Shown here piece after piece: positions 1 through 13,705 of a stretch of DNA of 64,000 nucleotides. This DNA is from Chiloscyllium plagiosum. Its lineage: Eukaryota. The notes below the pieces were generated by a model. That model did no database searches and was not told the origin of the DNA. It was given only the letters and a program-made list of their open reading frames with translations. Both the position numbers and the translations under genes were made by a program. The DNA lies in assembly GCF_004010195.1 (NCBI RefSeq), contig NC_057757.1:8338759-8402758 (forward strand), in the 5' to 3' direction. Positions within the stretch are counted from its first letter, which is position 1. Every line of letters starts with the position of its first letter.

Positions 1-690
1 GGAACTATAGACCAGTGAGCCTGACATTGGTGGTGGGCAAGTTGTTGGAGGGAATCTTGAGGGACAGGATTTACATGTATTTGGAAAGGCAAGAACTGAC
101 TAGGGATAGTTAGCATGTTGTTTGCATGGGAAATCATGTCTCACTAACTCAATTGAGTATTTTGAAGAAGTAACCAAGAGGATTGATGTGGACAGAGTGA
201 TGGACGTAATCTATAAGGACTGCAGTAAGGCATTTGACAAGGTTCCTCAAGGTAGACTGATCAGTAAGGTTAGATCTCATGCAACACAGGGAGAATTGGC
301 CATTTGGACACAGAACTGGCTCAAACGTAGAAGACAGAGGGTGGTGGTGGAGGGTTGCCTTTCAAACTGGAGGCCTGTGAACACTGGTGTGCTACAAGGA
401 TCAATATTGGGTCCACTGCTTTTTGTCATTTATATAAATGATTTGGTTGTGAACATTAGAGATACAATTAATAAGCTTGTAGATGACACCAAAATTAGAG
501 GTGTAGTGGACAGCAAAAAGGTTACCTCAGCTTACAACGGGATCTTGACTGGATGGGCCAACGGGCTGAGGAGTGGCAGATGGAGTTTAATTTAGATAAA
601 TGTCAGGTGCAGCATTTTGGAAGGACAAATCAGAGCAGGACTTATACACTTAATGGTCCCGTCCTGGGGAGTGTTGATGAACAAAGTGAC
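1..690 (+). mobile_element. CR1-type LINE, RT fragment (degenerate)
   Basis: ORF 122-595 carries CR1 RT motifs GKSCLTN, D..KAFDKVP, GVLQGSILGPLLFVIYINDL, LVDDTK; continues frameshifted as WQMEFNLDKC. Confidence 0.92.
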
Positions 691-699
691 CTTGCAACA

Positions 700-935
700 G
701 AAGGAGACTTTTATTTTCGAAACATATTCTGGGACTGGATGGGAGGATTTTGTTAGGTGTGTTCAAGAAAACTTTCTCAATCAGCATGTAGATGGTCCTC
801 TGAGAGAAGGGGCAAAACTCAACCTCCTCTTGGGAAATAAGGCAGGGCAAGTGACAGAGACATACATAAAGAAGGAATTACCATAATTCTATTTGTTTTA
901 AAATAGGGATGGAAAAGAATATGCCTGACCTACAA
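700..935 (+). mobile_element. CR1 endonuclease-region fragment
   Basis: FVRCVQENFLNQHVDGP.REGAKLNLLLGN; similar segments at ~48170-48260 (minus) and ~52035-52145. Confidence 0.75.
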
Positions 936-2312
936 GTTAAAGTTATTTGGAGATGACTGTAGGGTTCATTCACTATCTGAATATTACAGCCTGGAAGTGT
1001 GATTAGTAGAGTTTATTTCCCGGTCTTTGGTATTGTATATGAGAATGAGGTTCTGTCTGCACTTAGGTCTCTTTTATTCTTCACATGTTTAATTGATTAT
1101 ATTCATATATGTAATGTTTAATTTGTGTTTGTAATATATCTATAATATTGTATAACTAGTTTTCTATGTGGCATGTCAATTAAACATAACCAGAACTCTT
1201 TGAGAATATCTGTTTTCATTAAGTAAGTTGCAAGCCTTCTGAACATGGAACAAACCGACTGGATGTAAAACAGAAAATGCTGCAAAAACTCAGACAGCAG
1301 CTGTGAAGAAAAAAGCAAAATGAACATTTCTGGTCAATGACATTTCATAAGGGGAAATGTCTTAGTATTTCCAGGAGTCTCTGTTTTTATTTAAGGTTCA
1401 CAATATCTGGTGTATAAGCTTTTAAAATTATAATTCTCCGTAAGTTATTATTCAATTGATTGCTGTGGGTTACTACTGAGATACTAACATAGTCCTTTTC
1501 GATGTTATAGTCGATGTGACTTGGAGACTGATTTGTACACAGACCAGCTTGGAGAGAACTGGAAATGGGTTCTTTCTCTTTTGCTCTGTTTGAGTGTTAG
1601 AATAAAAGTAGGTCACTGGAACGTGGGATTAGAGTGGGACTGAACACTGTCTCTGTCTGAGCCTGTGGGATTGTGAACCTCTGAGAGTGATAACGTACCG
1701 ACTGTGCGTGAGAAAGATCTACTTGCGCTGCTCCTTGTATTCCAGGTGGAAGGCGGAAGGATGAGCAGAAGGGAAAGTCTATGATGGGGTAGAGGGCAAG
1801 AGAAACTTAGATGACAGAGTGACAATCATGACCAAAATGGTGCAAGAATAAGGGTGGGAGTGAAATGGGAGAGAGAAGAAGCAAACCATAGGGTGTGAAT
1901 GACAGGATCCTCACTAACTGTCAACTGAAAGCAATTAAAACAAAAGAAAATGGTGCCAGAGAAAACAAAGAGAGCTACTCAGTCATTTCCCCATCATTGT
2001 TTACAGGATGTACGGTTACTATCAGATTCTGAATGAATTCTATTTGGTTTCTCATCATTAACTTCAGTGTGGTCAGTTACTCTCAGCTTTAAAGTACGTG
2101 TTTTAGCAAACAGACATGGACACAAGACGCCAATTGATAGTTTTTACCAGAAAGTCCAACCAGCCCAGTTTCAGTGGGAAGACATGGGGAACTCCCTTCT
2201 GTCTGTTGGTGTGGTGGGCCCTCCCGCTCCTTGTTATATTCTGAGAGCTCTGCTTTAAACAAAGACTGCCTGGGTCTGTTGATGAGCATTCCTTGGGCAC
2301 ATGACGAGTCAA

Positions 2313-5300
2313 AGTGGGGTCAGTCTGCTCTCCCCTGGGTCAGTGACAGTGACACGGTGGGGCCTGTCTGCTCTCCCCTGGGTCAGTGACAGAGGCATAG
2401 TGGGGTCAGTCTGCTCTCCCCAGGGTCAGTAGCAGAGGCACAGTGGGGTCAGTCTGCTCTCCCCAGGGTCAGTAACAGAGACACAGTGGGGTCAGTCTGC
2501 TCTCCTCTGGGTCAATAACTGAGACATAGTGGGGTCAGTCTGCTCTCCCCTGGTCACTGACAGAGACACTGTGGGGGTCAGTCTGCTCTCCTCTGTGTCA
2601 GTGACAGAGAAACAGTGGGATCTATCTGCTCTCCCCAGGGTCAGTAACAGAGATACAATGGAGTGAGTCTTCTCTTCCCTGGGTCAGTGACAGAGACACT
2701 GTGGGGTCCGTCTGCTCTCCCTTGGGTCACTGACAGAGAAACAGTGTGGTCAGTCTGCTCTCCCCAGGGTCAGTAGCAGAGACACAGTGGGGTCAGTCTG
2801 CTCTCCCCAGGGTCAGTAGCAGAGACACAGTGGGGTAGTCTGCTCTCCCCTGGGTCATTAACAGAGACACAGTGGTGTCAGTCTGCTCTCCCCAGGGTCA
2901 GTAGCAGAGACACAGTGGGGTCAGTCTTCTCTCCCCAGGGTCAGTAACAGAGACACAGTGGGGTCACAGGGGCACAGTGGGATCAGTCTGCTCTCCTCTG
3001 GGTCAGTGACAGGGGCACAGTGGGATCAGTCTGCTCTCCTCTGGGTCAGTGACAGGGGCACAGTGGGATCAGTCTGCTCTCCTCTGGGTCAGTGACAGGG
3101 GCACAGTGGGATCAGTCTGCTCTCCTCTGGGTCAGTGACAGGGGCACAGTGGGATCAGTCTGCTCTCCTCTGGGTCAGTGACAGAGACACAGTGGGGTCA
3201 GTCTGCTCTCCTCTTGGTCAGGGAAAGGGACACAGTGGAGTGTGTCTGCTCTCCTCTGGGTCAGTGACAGGGACACAGTGTGGTGTGTCTGCTCTCCTCT
3301 GTGTCAGTGACAGGGGCACAGTGGGGTCAGTCTGCTCTCCTCTGGTCAGTGACAGGGACACAGTGGGGTGTGTCTGCTCTCCTCTGGGTCAGTGACAGGG
3401 ACACAGTGGGAAAAGTGTGGTCCCCTCTGGGTCAGTAACAGACACACAGTGCGATCAGTCTGCTCTCCTCTGGGTCAGTAACAGAGACACAGTGGGGTCA
3501 GTCTGCTCTCCCCTGGGTCAGTGACAGAGACACAGTGGGGTCAGTCTGCTCTCCCCGGGTCAGTGACAGAGACACAGTGGGGTCAGCCGGATCTCCTCTG
3601 GGTCAGTAACAGAGTCACAGTGGGGTCAGTCTGCTCTCCCCTGGGTCAGTGACAGAGACACAGTCGGGTCAGTCTGCTCACCCCTGGGTCAGTAACGGAG
3701 GCACAGTGCTATCAGTCTGCTGTCCCCTGGGTTAGTGACAGAGACACAGTGGGGACAGTCTACTCTCCCCTGGGTCACTGACAGAGACACAGTGGTGTCA
3801 GTCTGCTCTCCTCTGGGTCAGTGACAGAGACACAGTGGGATTGTCTGCTCTTCCCTGGGTCAGTAGTAGAGACACAGTGGGATCTGTCTGCTCTCCCCTG
3901 AGTCAGTAACAGAGACACAGTGGGGCCTGTCTGCTCTCCCCTGGGTCAGTAACAGAGACACAGTGGGGTTAGTCTGCTCTCCCCAGGGTCAGTAACAGAG
4001 TCACAGTGGGATCTGTCTGCTCTCCCCTGAGTCAGTAACAGAGACACAGTGGGGTCTGTCTGCTCTCCCCTGGGTCAGTAACAGAGACACAGTGGGGTCT
4101 GTCTGCTTTCGCTGGATCAGTAACAGAGACACAGTGGGGTCTGTCTGCTCTCACTGGGTCAGTAACAGAGACACAGTGGGGTCTGTCTGCTCTCCCCAAG
4201 GTCAGTGACAGAGGCACAGTGGCGTCAGTCTGCTCTCCCCAGGGCCAGTAACAGAGGCACAGTGGGGTCAGTCTGCTCTCCCCAGGGTCAGTAACAGAGA
4301 CACAGTGGGGTCAGTCTGCTCTCCCCTGGGTCAATAACAGAGACATAGTGGGGTCAGTCTGCTCTCCTCTGGTCACTGACAGAGACACTGTGGGGTCAGT
4401 CTGCTCTCCCCTGGGTCAGTGACAGACAAACAGTGGGATCTGTCTGCTCTCCCCAGGGTCAGTAACAGAGATACAATGGAGTGAGTCTGCTCTACCCTGG
4501 GTCAGTGACAGAGACACTGTGGGGTCAGTCTGCTCTCCCTTGGGTCACTGACAGAGAAACAGTGTGGTCAGTCTGCTCTCCCCAGGGTCAGTGACAGAGA
4601 CACAGTGGGCTCAGTCTGCTCTCCCCAGGGTCAGTAGTAGAGACACAGTGGGGTAGTCTGCTCTCCCCTGGGTCAGTAACAGAGACACAGTGGTGTCAGT
4701 CTGCTCTCCCCAGGGTCAGTAGCAGGGACACAGTGGGGTCAGTCTGCTCTCCCCTGGGTCAGTAACAGAGACACAGTGGGGTCAGTCTTCTCTCCCCAGG
4801 GTCAGTAACAGAGACACAGTGGGGTCAGTCTGCTCTCGCTGGATCAGTAACAGAGACACAGTGGGGTCTGTCTGCTCTCCCCAGGGTCAGTAGCAGAGAC
4901 ACAGTGGGGTCAGTCTGCTCTCCCCTGGGTCAGTAACAGAGACACAGTGGTGTCAGTCTGCTCTCCCCTGGGTAAGTAACAGAGACACAGTGGTGTCAGT
5001 CTGCTCTCCCCAGGGTCAGTAGCAGAGACACAGTGGGGTCAGTCTGCTCTCCCCAGGATCAGTAGCAGAGACACAGTGGGGTCAGTCTGCTCTCCCCTGG
5101 GTCAGTAACAGAGACACTGTGGGGTCAGTCTGCCTCCCCTGGGTCAGTAACAGAGACACAGTGGGGTCAGTCTGCTCTCCCTAGGGTCAGTAACAGAGAC
5201 ACAGTGGGGTCAGTCTGCTCTCCCCTGGGTCAGTAACAGAGACACTGTGGGGTCAGTCTGCTCTCCCCTGGGTCAGTAACAGAGACACAGTGGTGTCAGT

Positions 5301-5481
5301 CTGCTCTCCCTAGGGTCAGTAACAGAGACACAGTGGGGTCAGTCTGCTCTCCCCTGGGTCAGTAACAGAGACACTGTGGGGTCAGTCTGCTCTCCCCAGG
5401 GTCAGTAACAGAGACACTGTGGGGTCAGTGTGGTCTCCACTGAAACAGTAACAGAGGCACAGTGATGTCAGTCTGCTTTCC
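2313..5481. repeat. 43-bp minisatellite, roughly 70+ units, consensus CAGAGACACAGTGGGGTCAGTCTGCTCTCCCCTGGGTCAGTAA
   Basis: Directly visible tandem periodicity of 43 nt with point variants. Confidence 0.97.
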
Positions 5482-6149
5482 TGTGTTCTTCCACTGGTGT
5501 ACAAGTGTGATGATGCCTTTTGTCATGAATGTGAACATGTTGCCAGCCAGCGTCATGCTCTCATGCACTGCGAATGAATCATGGCTGTTCATGTCCCAGT
5601 AGAGGCAAATGCAAGCCATTGAGTCATTCCTTCTGGGAGTTTTTTCTTCCCAATGCATTTCCCGTGTTTCGTGGTTTATCCACACTCCCCCGTATGCCAT
5701 TGTCCGTGGTATCAATTCTGTCATCCAGTTGTGGATGGAAGGCCGTGCACTTTGTGGCCTTTGTATTATACAGTCCATTATTGAAGAAAACTGTTGTGGA
5801 AAAGCCAGGGAACTACCCATCAGTGAGCCTGACATCAGTGTTGATAACTTCTGATAAATTAAAAATTATGTACAAAGACATGAAGAAGGAGTGATCATTT
5901 ACACTTGGCCGGTGATTGAATGCTGAATGTTGGACTTTTTGAGGAGGAGTCATTCTTTGTTCGGTTAAGTGCTTGATTTCTTTTTAATATTTAAATGATC
6001 ATTCTTCTATGTTTTGCATGCTTCATATTAAATCAGTGGCTAAGGTAAGGTAGTTTCCTTTTATGTTGAAGGTGCATTGATAGCTGCTTCTTTTTCGGCT
6101 CAATGTAACTGAGGACAAACAAAAGCTACTGAGTTTGATGATGAGCAGA

Positions 6150-8160
6150 TGTAGAGAAGTGATTTCTCAGCGGGATCAGTCAGATAGATAATTGACTGTC
6201 AAGAAAGTTAAGAAGATGGCTCCAAAAGCTCCTGTAGTTATTCCTCTCTCAAACAGATATTTAGTTTTGGTTACTCTTGAAAGAGACAGACTCGCAGAGG
6301 AAAATAGAGGTGATCATCAGATCTTTGGCACCATTAAGAAATCTTGTGTAAAACGGGTCTGTCAGGATTTCAAAGAATAAATTTTAACAGGAGAATCTCC
6401 TGTCAGGGGCACCGAGAGGAGATTTTGCAGCAGTGAGCGTGAATCTGCGTATTTTCTGATATCAGGGTTAAGGAAGCATATAAGGAACAAGACACTCAGA
6501 AATGAGAGGAAGAATTTCTTCACTCGGACTGTTTTGAACCTATAGAATTCTCTCCAGCAGAAAGCTGTTGGAGTGAGTTTGTTAGATATATTCAAGAGGG
6601 AGTTGGGCATGCTTTTGCAGTGGAAGGGATCAAGGGGAATGGAAAAAGGTAGCAGTGGGATCCTGATATTGCCTGATCAGCCATGATCATATTGAATGGC
6701 GATGCATGCTTGAATGGTCAAACCGCCTAATCTTGCACCTATTTTCCATGTTTTTATATTGTTAAAGGGAGAGTACGACTCCGGAAGTTGCGGTACCCGT
6801 TGGTAGGAATGACATAACCAGGGAAAGCATTAAGAGGTTCGGTGGAAGGTTAAGAAACAGAACACCAAAAGTAGTAACTCTGGTTTACTTCTGGTGCCAA
6901 GTGCTAATGAGGGAAGGAATTAAAAGCTCGGGCAGATAAATCAACGGCTGAAGAGGGTGGTGCAATGCACAGGGCTTCAGTTTCTTGGATCATCAGGATC
7001 ACTTCTGGGACAGAAACGACCTGTTCAAAAAGGATGGGCTTCACCTCAACTGTAAAGGGATCCACATCCGAGGGGGCAGATTTTATAGTTCTATTTCCTG
7101 AGCCTGTCAATTTTGAGAGGAGGGGTTTGAGGGCTTCCTAAGTTGCAGGGAAAATAGAAAGCTGAGAATGGTTCTAAATCAGAAAGGAGTAAGTTAATTA
7201 GAAAAGACAGACAAGAGCAAGTCAGACACAAAGTAACTCTAAAGAATTAAACTGCGATTATGGCTGTCAAAAGTGTGATAACAAGAGTTCAGAAGCATTG
7301 TATTCCTGTTCGAGTGAAAGGCAAGGCTGCTAAGATTGGGGAATATTGGATGATAAAGGTATTGAAGTTCTAGTCAGGAATAAAAAAAGTATATTATTTA
7401 TAGACAACCAGAATGAACTGAATCACTAAGAATATAAAGAATGTAGGGGCATTAATAAGGAGGAAATCAGGAAGGCAAAGAGGAGATAGGAGATAGCCTT
7501 GGCAGAGAAGGTTAAAGATAATTCAAAAAGATTCTCCAAGTACATTAAGAGCAAGAGAGCAATTGGAGACAGAGTAGGACCCCTTAAGATTATGTTGTGT
7601 TGAACCTTAGGAGATGGGAGAGATATTAAATGAATATTGTACATCTTTTTTTAATGTTGAGAAAGAATTGAAGGGTAGAGAATTGCCAGGAATGGAGGGT
7701 TTGAGGAATACGAAGAGACTGGAAAGGCTGGGATTCCTTTTTCACTGGAGCTTTGATGTTGAGGGATGACCTTATTGAGGTTTATAAAATCATGAGAGGC
7801 ATACATAAGGTGAATGATAAGAGTCTTCTCCCTAGGGCGGGGGGAGGGGGGTGTCACGACTAGAGGGCAAGTTTTTTTAAGGTGAGAGGGGAAACATTTA
7901 AAATGGAAATGAGGCACAACTTTTTTACACAGAGAATATTTTGTGTGTGAAATGCACTGCCAGAAAAGGTGGTGGATGCAGGTGCAGTTACAGTGTTTAA
8001 AAGAATCTGTGTGACTTCATGAAAAGGAAAGGTTTGGAAATATACGGGCCAAGCACAGGCAGGTGGGACTAGACTAGTTTTGGAATAACATTGGCATAGA
8101 CAGGTTGGACTGAAGGGACTGTTTCCGCGTTGTCTGCCTTTATGACACTGTGACATTGTG
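6150..8160 (+). mobile_element. Decayed CR1 LINE pieces (ORF1 esterase-like remnant, ORF2 pieces, 3' end)
   Basis: FLDHQDHFWDRNDLFKKDGLHLN near 6980-7050 (SGNH-esterase-like CR1 ORF1); typical CR1 3' region at 7700-8150. Confidence 0.7.
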
Positions 8161-8429
8161 GTAGGCAATCAAAAGATAGGTTTGTCTCTGCACATGCTCA
8201 CTTTGTTCTCCACCCCAGGAGCTAGGACATGGTGAGAGGAAATGGTATTGTGGATGGATGGAGATACAGGTGGGCGCTTTCATTTACTTTGGGTGTGTAA
8301 TGGAGGAATGACAGAGAAGGCAGTTCATGAGCGATGAAGCTACACAAAGGAGGACAATTAGACAGAGACCATGGACGGGGGAGGTGCTAAATGTTGGAGA
8401 CTCCAATTCTTGAGGGCTCCTACAAAATT

Positions 8430-8770
8430 AGAGAGGAGGAGTTTCAGGATTGAAAGGCAGAAATAGGGAAGGAAAGAAAGAGATGGAAAGAGAGAAGGAG
8501 AAGAAAAAACGCAAGAGAGTTGGAAAGAACAAGCACAAAGGGGAAAAGAAGAGTTAAGAGAGAAAAAGACAAAAGGAGAGCCTATCAGTAAAAAAGAGAG
8601 AGAGAAAGAGAAAGAGTGAGAAAGACAAAGATTGGAAGAGAGGAGGAGAGGTAGAAAGTGGCAAAGACAGAGGTGAGAAACAGAGAGAAAGAGAGAGACA
8701 GAGAGAGAAAATTAGAAAAAATCAGACAGTCACAAACAAGAGTTAAGGAAAGACATGGCGAGATTAAAGA
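8430..8770. repeat. Purine-rich (GA) low-complexity tract
   Basis: Strongly A/G-biased, with AGAG runs. Confidence 0.85.
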
Positions 8771-9314
8771 TATCATACTCACCAGGCAGGTTAGTCCCAG
8801 CTCTCTCAATGGTCTCTCATTTTCCATGTCTCCCATTAGTAACTCCAGGGGTATGCTTTAGGAGGGGCTGATTCAGGGAGGGGATGAGGTTAAAGGGTCA
8901 AAACTGGGACTGAGATTCAAACATGACCCAGACTGTCACACACAGAGACAGACAGAAACACACAGGTACTCAGGCCCTGCTCAGTGCACATAGTGCCAGA
9001 CACTGATTGAAATAGTTCAGGTCTGTCATTCAAAGACCCAGCTCATCCAGTTAGCTCCGTGCATCCTCTACCTGGGGCACACCTCCCTCAGGGATGGACC
9101 ACAGTCAGACTCGTCTCTGTCGGATGAGGTGTGGTGGTGGGGAGGGAGGAGGTATGAGAGAAAGCAACAATGAAATAGTTTTGGCCAGACTACCTCTGTC
9201 TTCTGCTTATCAATTTTCTAACTGTCTTGGAGTAAAGGCTGCATGTATTTTCAAACTGATCAAATTCCTTTTGTCTTTGGGTTTTCCTACTGATCAATAT
9301 AAAAAATCTCAACT

Positions 9315-9387
9315 TGTGATTGCCAGGAATCAAACCCAGGTCAGCTGCTCAGAAGGCAGCTATACTCAGCACAGTAGCACCATCAGT
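9315..9387 (-). pseudogene. tRNA-Gly(TCC)-derived pseudogene
   Basis: Reverse strand reads ...GAGTATAGCTGCCTTCTGAGCAGCTGACCTGGGTTTGATTCCTGGCAATCACA, resembling vertebrate tRNA-Gly(TCC), with mutated anticodon loop and B box. Confidence 0.6.
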
Positions 9388-9954
9388 ATACACTTTAACA
9401 CAACACAATCCCCAAACATACTTAAAAAGACATTATTCATGATGAATTGAATAGAGTTATGTTGACTCACTGCTAGTGATATCATATCAGGATGATAATA
9501 ACTTTTATGAAGAGGTAGTTTATAAGGAGCATTTAAATATGAGGGAGAGGTGGATCATTGGAAGATGCAGAGAGGGAGTCCAAATGTCCCTCTGGTTGGG
9601 CTTGGATTCCCCACAAAGTATCAGTTGGTTCGTGGAAAGGAACAAATAAAGAAATGGAATGATATCAGTGAATTGAATAGAAACAAAGTAAACTATTGTT
9701 GAACATAAATTTGTAATCATATGTCACAGAATCTGTACAGGATATTACCGACACTTTATAATAGAAAGTTATTTCTGTTAACTTTTGCCCAGATGTGTGG
9801 ATCAAAGAATTCAGTGAGGAAGAGTGGGGAGGATTCTGTCGTTACATTTTCCACTCTGGCCTGCAGTGAAAGATGATCCTTTCCTCCAGGTCATTTAGTT
9901 TTGTATCCTTCACTTACTGAGAACTGATTACTTGGGCTGAATGTATTTTTTGTG

Positions 9955-10940
9955 CATTTATGTGCATATACATCAATGACTTGGAGGAAGGAACAGGCAG
10001 TCTGATTTGCAAGCTTGCAGATGACACTAAGATTGGTGGAGTGGCAGATAGTGAGTGGGACTGTCAGAGAATACAACAGAATATAGATAGACTGGAGAGT
10101 TGGGCAGAGAAATGGCAGATAGAGTTCAATCTGTGCAAATGCAAAATGTTGCATTGTGGAAGATCCAATTCAACAGCGAACTATACAGTAAATGGAAAAG
10201 TCCTGGGAAAAATTGATGTGCAGAGAGATCTGGGTGTTCAGATCCATCGTTCCCTGAAGGTGGCAACGCAGGTCAGTAGAGTGATCAAAAAGGCATAAGG
10301 CATGCTTTCCTTTCACCGGACAGGGCACTGAGTACAAGAGTTGGCTGGTCATGTTACAGTTGTGCAGTTTGGTTCGGCCACAGTTGGAATACTGCTTATA
10401 GTTCTAGTTGCCACGTTACCGAAAAGATGCAGATACTTTGGAGAGGGTGCAAAGGTGGTTCAACAGGTAAGGAGGGTGCTAGGTATGAAGAGAGGTTGAG
10501 TAGATTAGGATTATTTTCATTAGAAAGATGGAAGTTGAGGGGGACCTGATTGCGGTCTACAAAATCATGAGAGGTAAAGACAGGGTGGATAGCAAGAAGC
10601 TTTTTTCCCAGAGTGGAGGACTCAATTACTATGAGTCATGAGTTGAAATGGAGAGGGAAAAGACTTAGGGGAGATATGCGTGGAAAGTTCTTTCTTCAGA
10701 TGGTAGTGAGTGCCTGGAACCTATTACTAGCGGAGGTGGTAGAGGCGAGCATGATAACATCATTTAAGATGTCATTTAGGATATATTTAGATAGATACAT
10801 GAAGGGGCAGGGAGCAAAGGGATATAGACCCTTAGAAAATAGGTGACAGGTTTAGATAGAGGACCTGGATCGGCGCAGGCTTGGAGGGCTGAAGGGCCTG
10901 TAACTGTGCTATAATTTACTTTGTTCTTTGTTCTTTGTCT
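9955..10940 (+). mobile_element. 5'-truncated CR1 LINE (RT C-terminus to 3' tail)
   Basis: ORF 9960: IYINDL...KLADDTKIGG...WAEKWQIEFN; 3' tail with TTGTTCT repeats. Confidence 0.9.
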
Positions 10941-11167
10941 ATTTCCTCTTTCGGTTTTGCTTTTGTTGTTCCGCTTTCTACTAACTGCTGCTCATTGCTA
11001 ACAGCATTTTACACTACTTTGCTCCTCAATATTTTTTATTTTGTTCCGCAGATGGAGTCATTCCTTGCTTATTAGAAAAGCAGTATTATCATGTCCCTAC
11101 TACTACTCCTCCTCCTTTCAGTCTATCCGTCATTCCATTATCTGCTGTATCTAATGCTGGCTTTCAG

Positions 11168-12053
11168 TTACTTGGATTTATTCATCAATTGAATTATTTT
11201 TATAACTGGATATTTCACAGTATGCTTTAGCTGATCTCTGAATTGTTTCTGTGTCACCACATAAATAAATGCATTTGTGCAACAACTTAGATTCTGCAGC
11301 ATAAATGCAGCTTGCATAAAGAGAGAATAAGTAGCGGCATCCAAGGAAATACCAGCATGAAAGGAAAATAAAATATACACCAACCAGAGAAGTATGAAGC
11401 TGGCAGATATGGCAAAGAGTAAAATCACATACTTCGTTCTGCTCTCTATCTCTGGGTCATTCCCTATTTTTCTCTGACCTCTCAGGCCCTTACGCACCTT
11501 AATGGCCTCGATGACATATCTGACTGTCAGAACGTTGATGAAGAGAATAAAAGTGAATGGTAACATTGGTGTTAAAAAATGTTCAACATACTTAAAACTT
11601 TTCCATGGACGGTCATTATAATAACTGGAGCTGGTCTTACAGTACCATGGAACATTGTTGATGATCCTTCGTGTTTTAAATCAAAAGTAATTGGGAATGT
11701 TCTTTAAAGAAAAGAAAATACAGATAGTTGCTAGAACCCTCATCGCAGTTTTCTCTGTGCAATACCTAGTCTTCATCTGATAAAAACAAATGGTGACAAA
11801 TCAATCAAAAGAAAAGGCAGCACTGAACCAGACAGAACAATCAATGGTCCAATGGCTCAACACATAGATAACGCTACAGACAGGAGTGATGTCCAAAAAC
11901 ACGGGGGATAATAATAAAATGGTAATTGGTGAAGTACGACATAAAAAATAATGAACAGTAGGTCAGACGCTGCCATGGACACCAAATAGCGAGTGGTGCA
12001 AATTGAAAGACCACACTTGCCCCGAGCTTAGATTATAATCACCAACATACTAA
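11168..12053 (-). pseudogene. GPR139/GPR142-like class A GPCR pseudogene, exon 2
   Basis: Acceptor cttacag|; translates ..RGKCGLSICTTRYLVSMAASDLL..ITPVCS..CSVWF..RYCTEK..LSCCTNAFIY; in-frame stops at 12028-30 (TAA), 11801-03 (TGA in the DRF motif) and 11681-83 (TGA); frameshift near 11897. Confidence 0.9.
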
Positions 12054-13184
12054 CTGTAAGAGAGAGAAAGGAAAGAAAAAGACTTGCAGTTACTATCAAA
12101 CATTCTCTGTCTGAGCTCAGACTGTAAGTTATAGCACAAAGATAATTGCTGTTCCAAGTCATATGAAGTTTAAAGAATCTGAACCACAACATCAAATTTT
12201 CTCTATAAATGAATCATTTGAACTTTTAAACAACACAGGGAAGAGTATTAGCATCAGATTGTTCACAGAAGCATGGTCACATACACAATGTTTTTTTGGA
12301 GGGTGGTGTCGGCAGTGGTTGATTTCACCTGCTTGATAGGTTACTGTGTTTGGCTGGAGTTTCCTATAAGATCACAATGTCCACCCAAAGACATCTGGAA
12401 TCAGTTAGACAGAGAATGGGAGACATGTAACACATTGCAAAATTTCTGTATTCAGTTTTAGAGCCTTCGCAGTTCAGACTGCCTCCAGAATTGTATAGCC
12501 ATACTATATGAACGATAGTACAGGACATTGAATCACTCCACAGTGTCCAGGAATGGATGCTATCTACTATGTGGATGAACAAATGATCACACATTGAATT
12601 CCTCCCTCATGCAAAGAATTGACCATCCTGACAATCTGAACCAGGGAAGTATTCAGCAGTGAACCCGACCACCATATCCCAGGTTGGATATCTACAATCA
12701 GAAGAACATCAACATTTCTGAGACACTTCCACCCACCACCTGCCCAAGACTGTGTAGCACAGCCCACCGCCAAATAAAACATACAGCATTGGTCATTGCA
12801 ACTTCCCATTTTAGAAATCAGACACTTTATCTGGGACGAATCAAAGTTTCCTACCTGGTGCCCAGGCTGACACTGCCAAGTCCTCTCCTCGGCCCCCTCC
12901 TTGTGAAGAGAGATTCTCCCTTCCAGATTCAGAGCACATACTGGAGCTAGAAATGCCCATAGTTCAATCAGCATTCTCCATGGAGATCACCAGAATTGTA
13001 CCACAGCTTGGCATCAGGGACTGTCTCTATGATAGAATCCTAGAAACCCTGAAGTGCAGAAAGAGGTCATTTAGCTCATTAACTCTGCAGCAATCCTCCA
13101 CAGAACATTCTACCGAAACCCCTCACTCCTCTCTCCACTAACCCCATACCCCACTTCTGTAGTATTTATCATGGCTAGCCATCA

Positions 13185-13530
13185 TGGGGAAGTGATGGCC
13201 TTCTGTTAATCCAACAACTCACGTAATGTTCTGGAGATGTAGGTTCGAATCCAGCCATGGAAGATGGTGGAATTTGAATTCAATTAAATAAAAGTCTGGA
13301 TTTAAGAGTCTAAAGATGGCCATGAATCCATTGCTGATCATTGGGAAAAATCCCATCTGGTTGACTAATGACATTCAGGGAAGGAAACTGCAATCCTTAC
13401 CTGGTCTGGCCTACGTGACTCCAGACCCACAGCAATGTAATTGACTCCTAGCTGCCCTCTGTGCAATTAGGGATGGGCAACAAATGCTAGTTTAACCAGC
13501 AACACCCACATCCATGAATGAATGTTAAAC
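13185..13530 (+). mobile_element. tRNA-derived Deu-domain SINE (SacSINE1-like)
   Basis: B box GGTTCGAATCC, core GGAAGGAAACTGCAATCCTTACCTGGTCTGGCC...GACTCCAGACCCACAGCAATG, tail GGGATGGGCAACAAATGC; a more decayed copy at ~13745-14080. Confidence 0.7.
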
Positions 13531-13544
13531 AAAAAAACACACCT

Positions 13545-13705
13545 AATCTGTACATCTTTGCAATGTGAGTGGAAACAAGAGCAACGCCAAGCAGGAATAG
13601 GGACAATGTGCAAACTCCACACAGACAGTCACCTGAGGCTGGAATAGACACCCAGTCCCTTGTGCTGTGAGGGAGCAATCCTAATGACTGTGTGATGGTG
13701 CTACC
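13545..13705 (-). mobile_element. HE1-like tRNA-derived SINE (partial)
   Basis: Reverse strand has GTCTGTGTGGAGTTTGCACATT downstream of a tRNA-like head; same family as 51287-51575. Confidence 0.65.

Noticed and set aside
2313..5481. CRISPR-like array or coding repeats (ORFs 2174, 3135, 4032)
   Set aside because: No unique spacers and a eukaryotic context; the 43-nt period is not a multiple of 3, so the ORFs are artefacts
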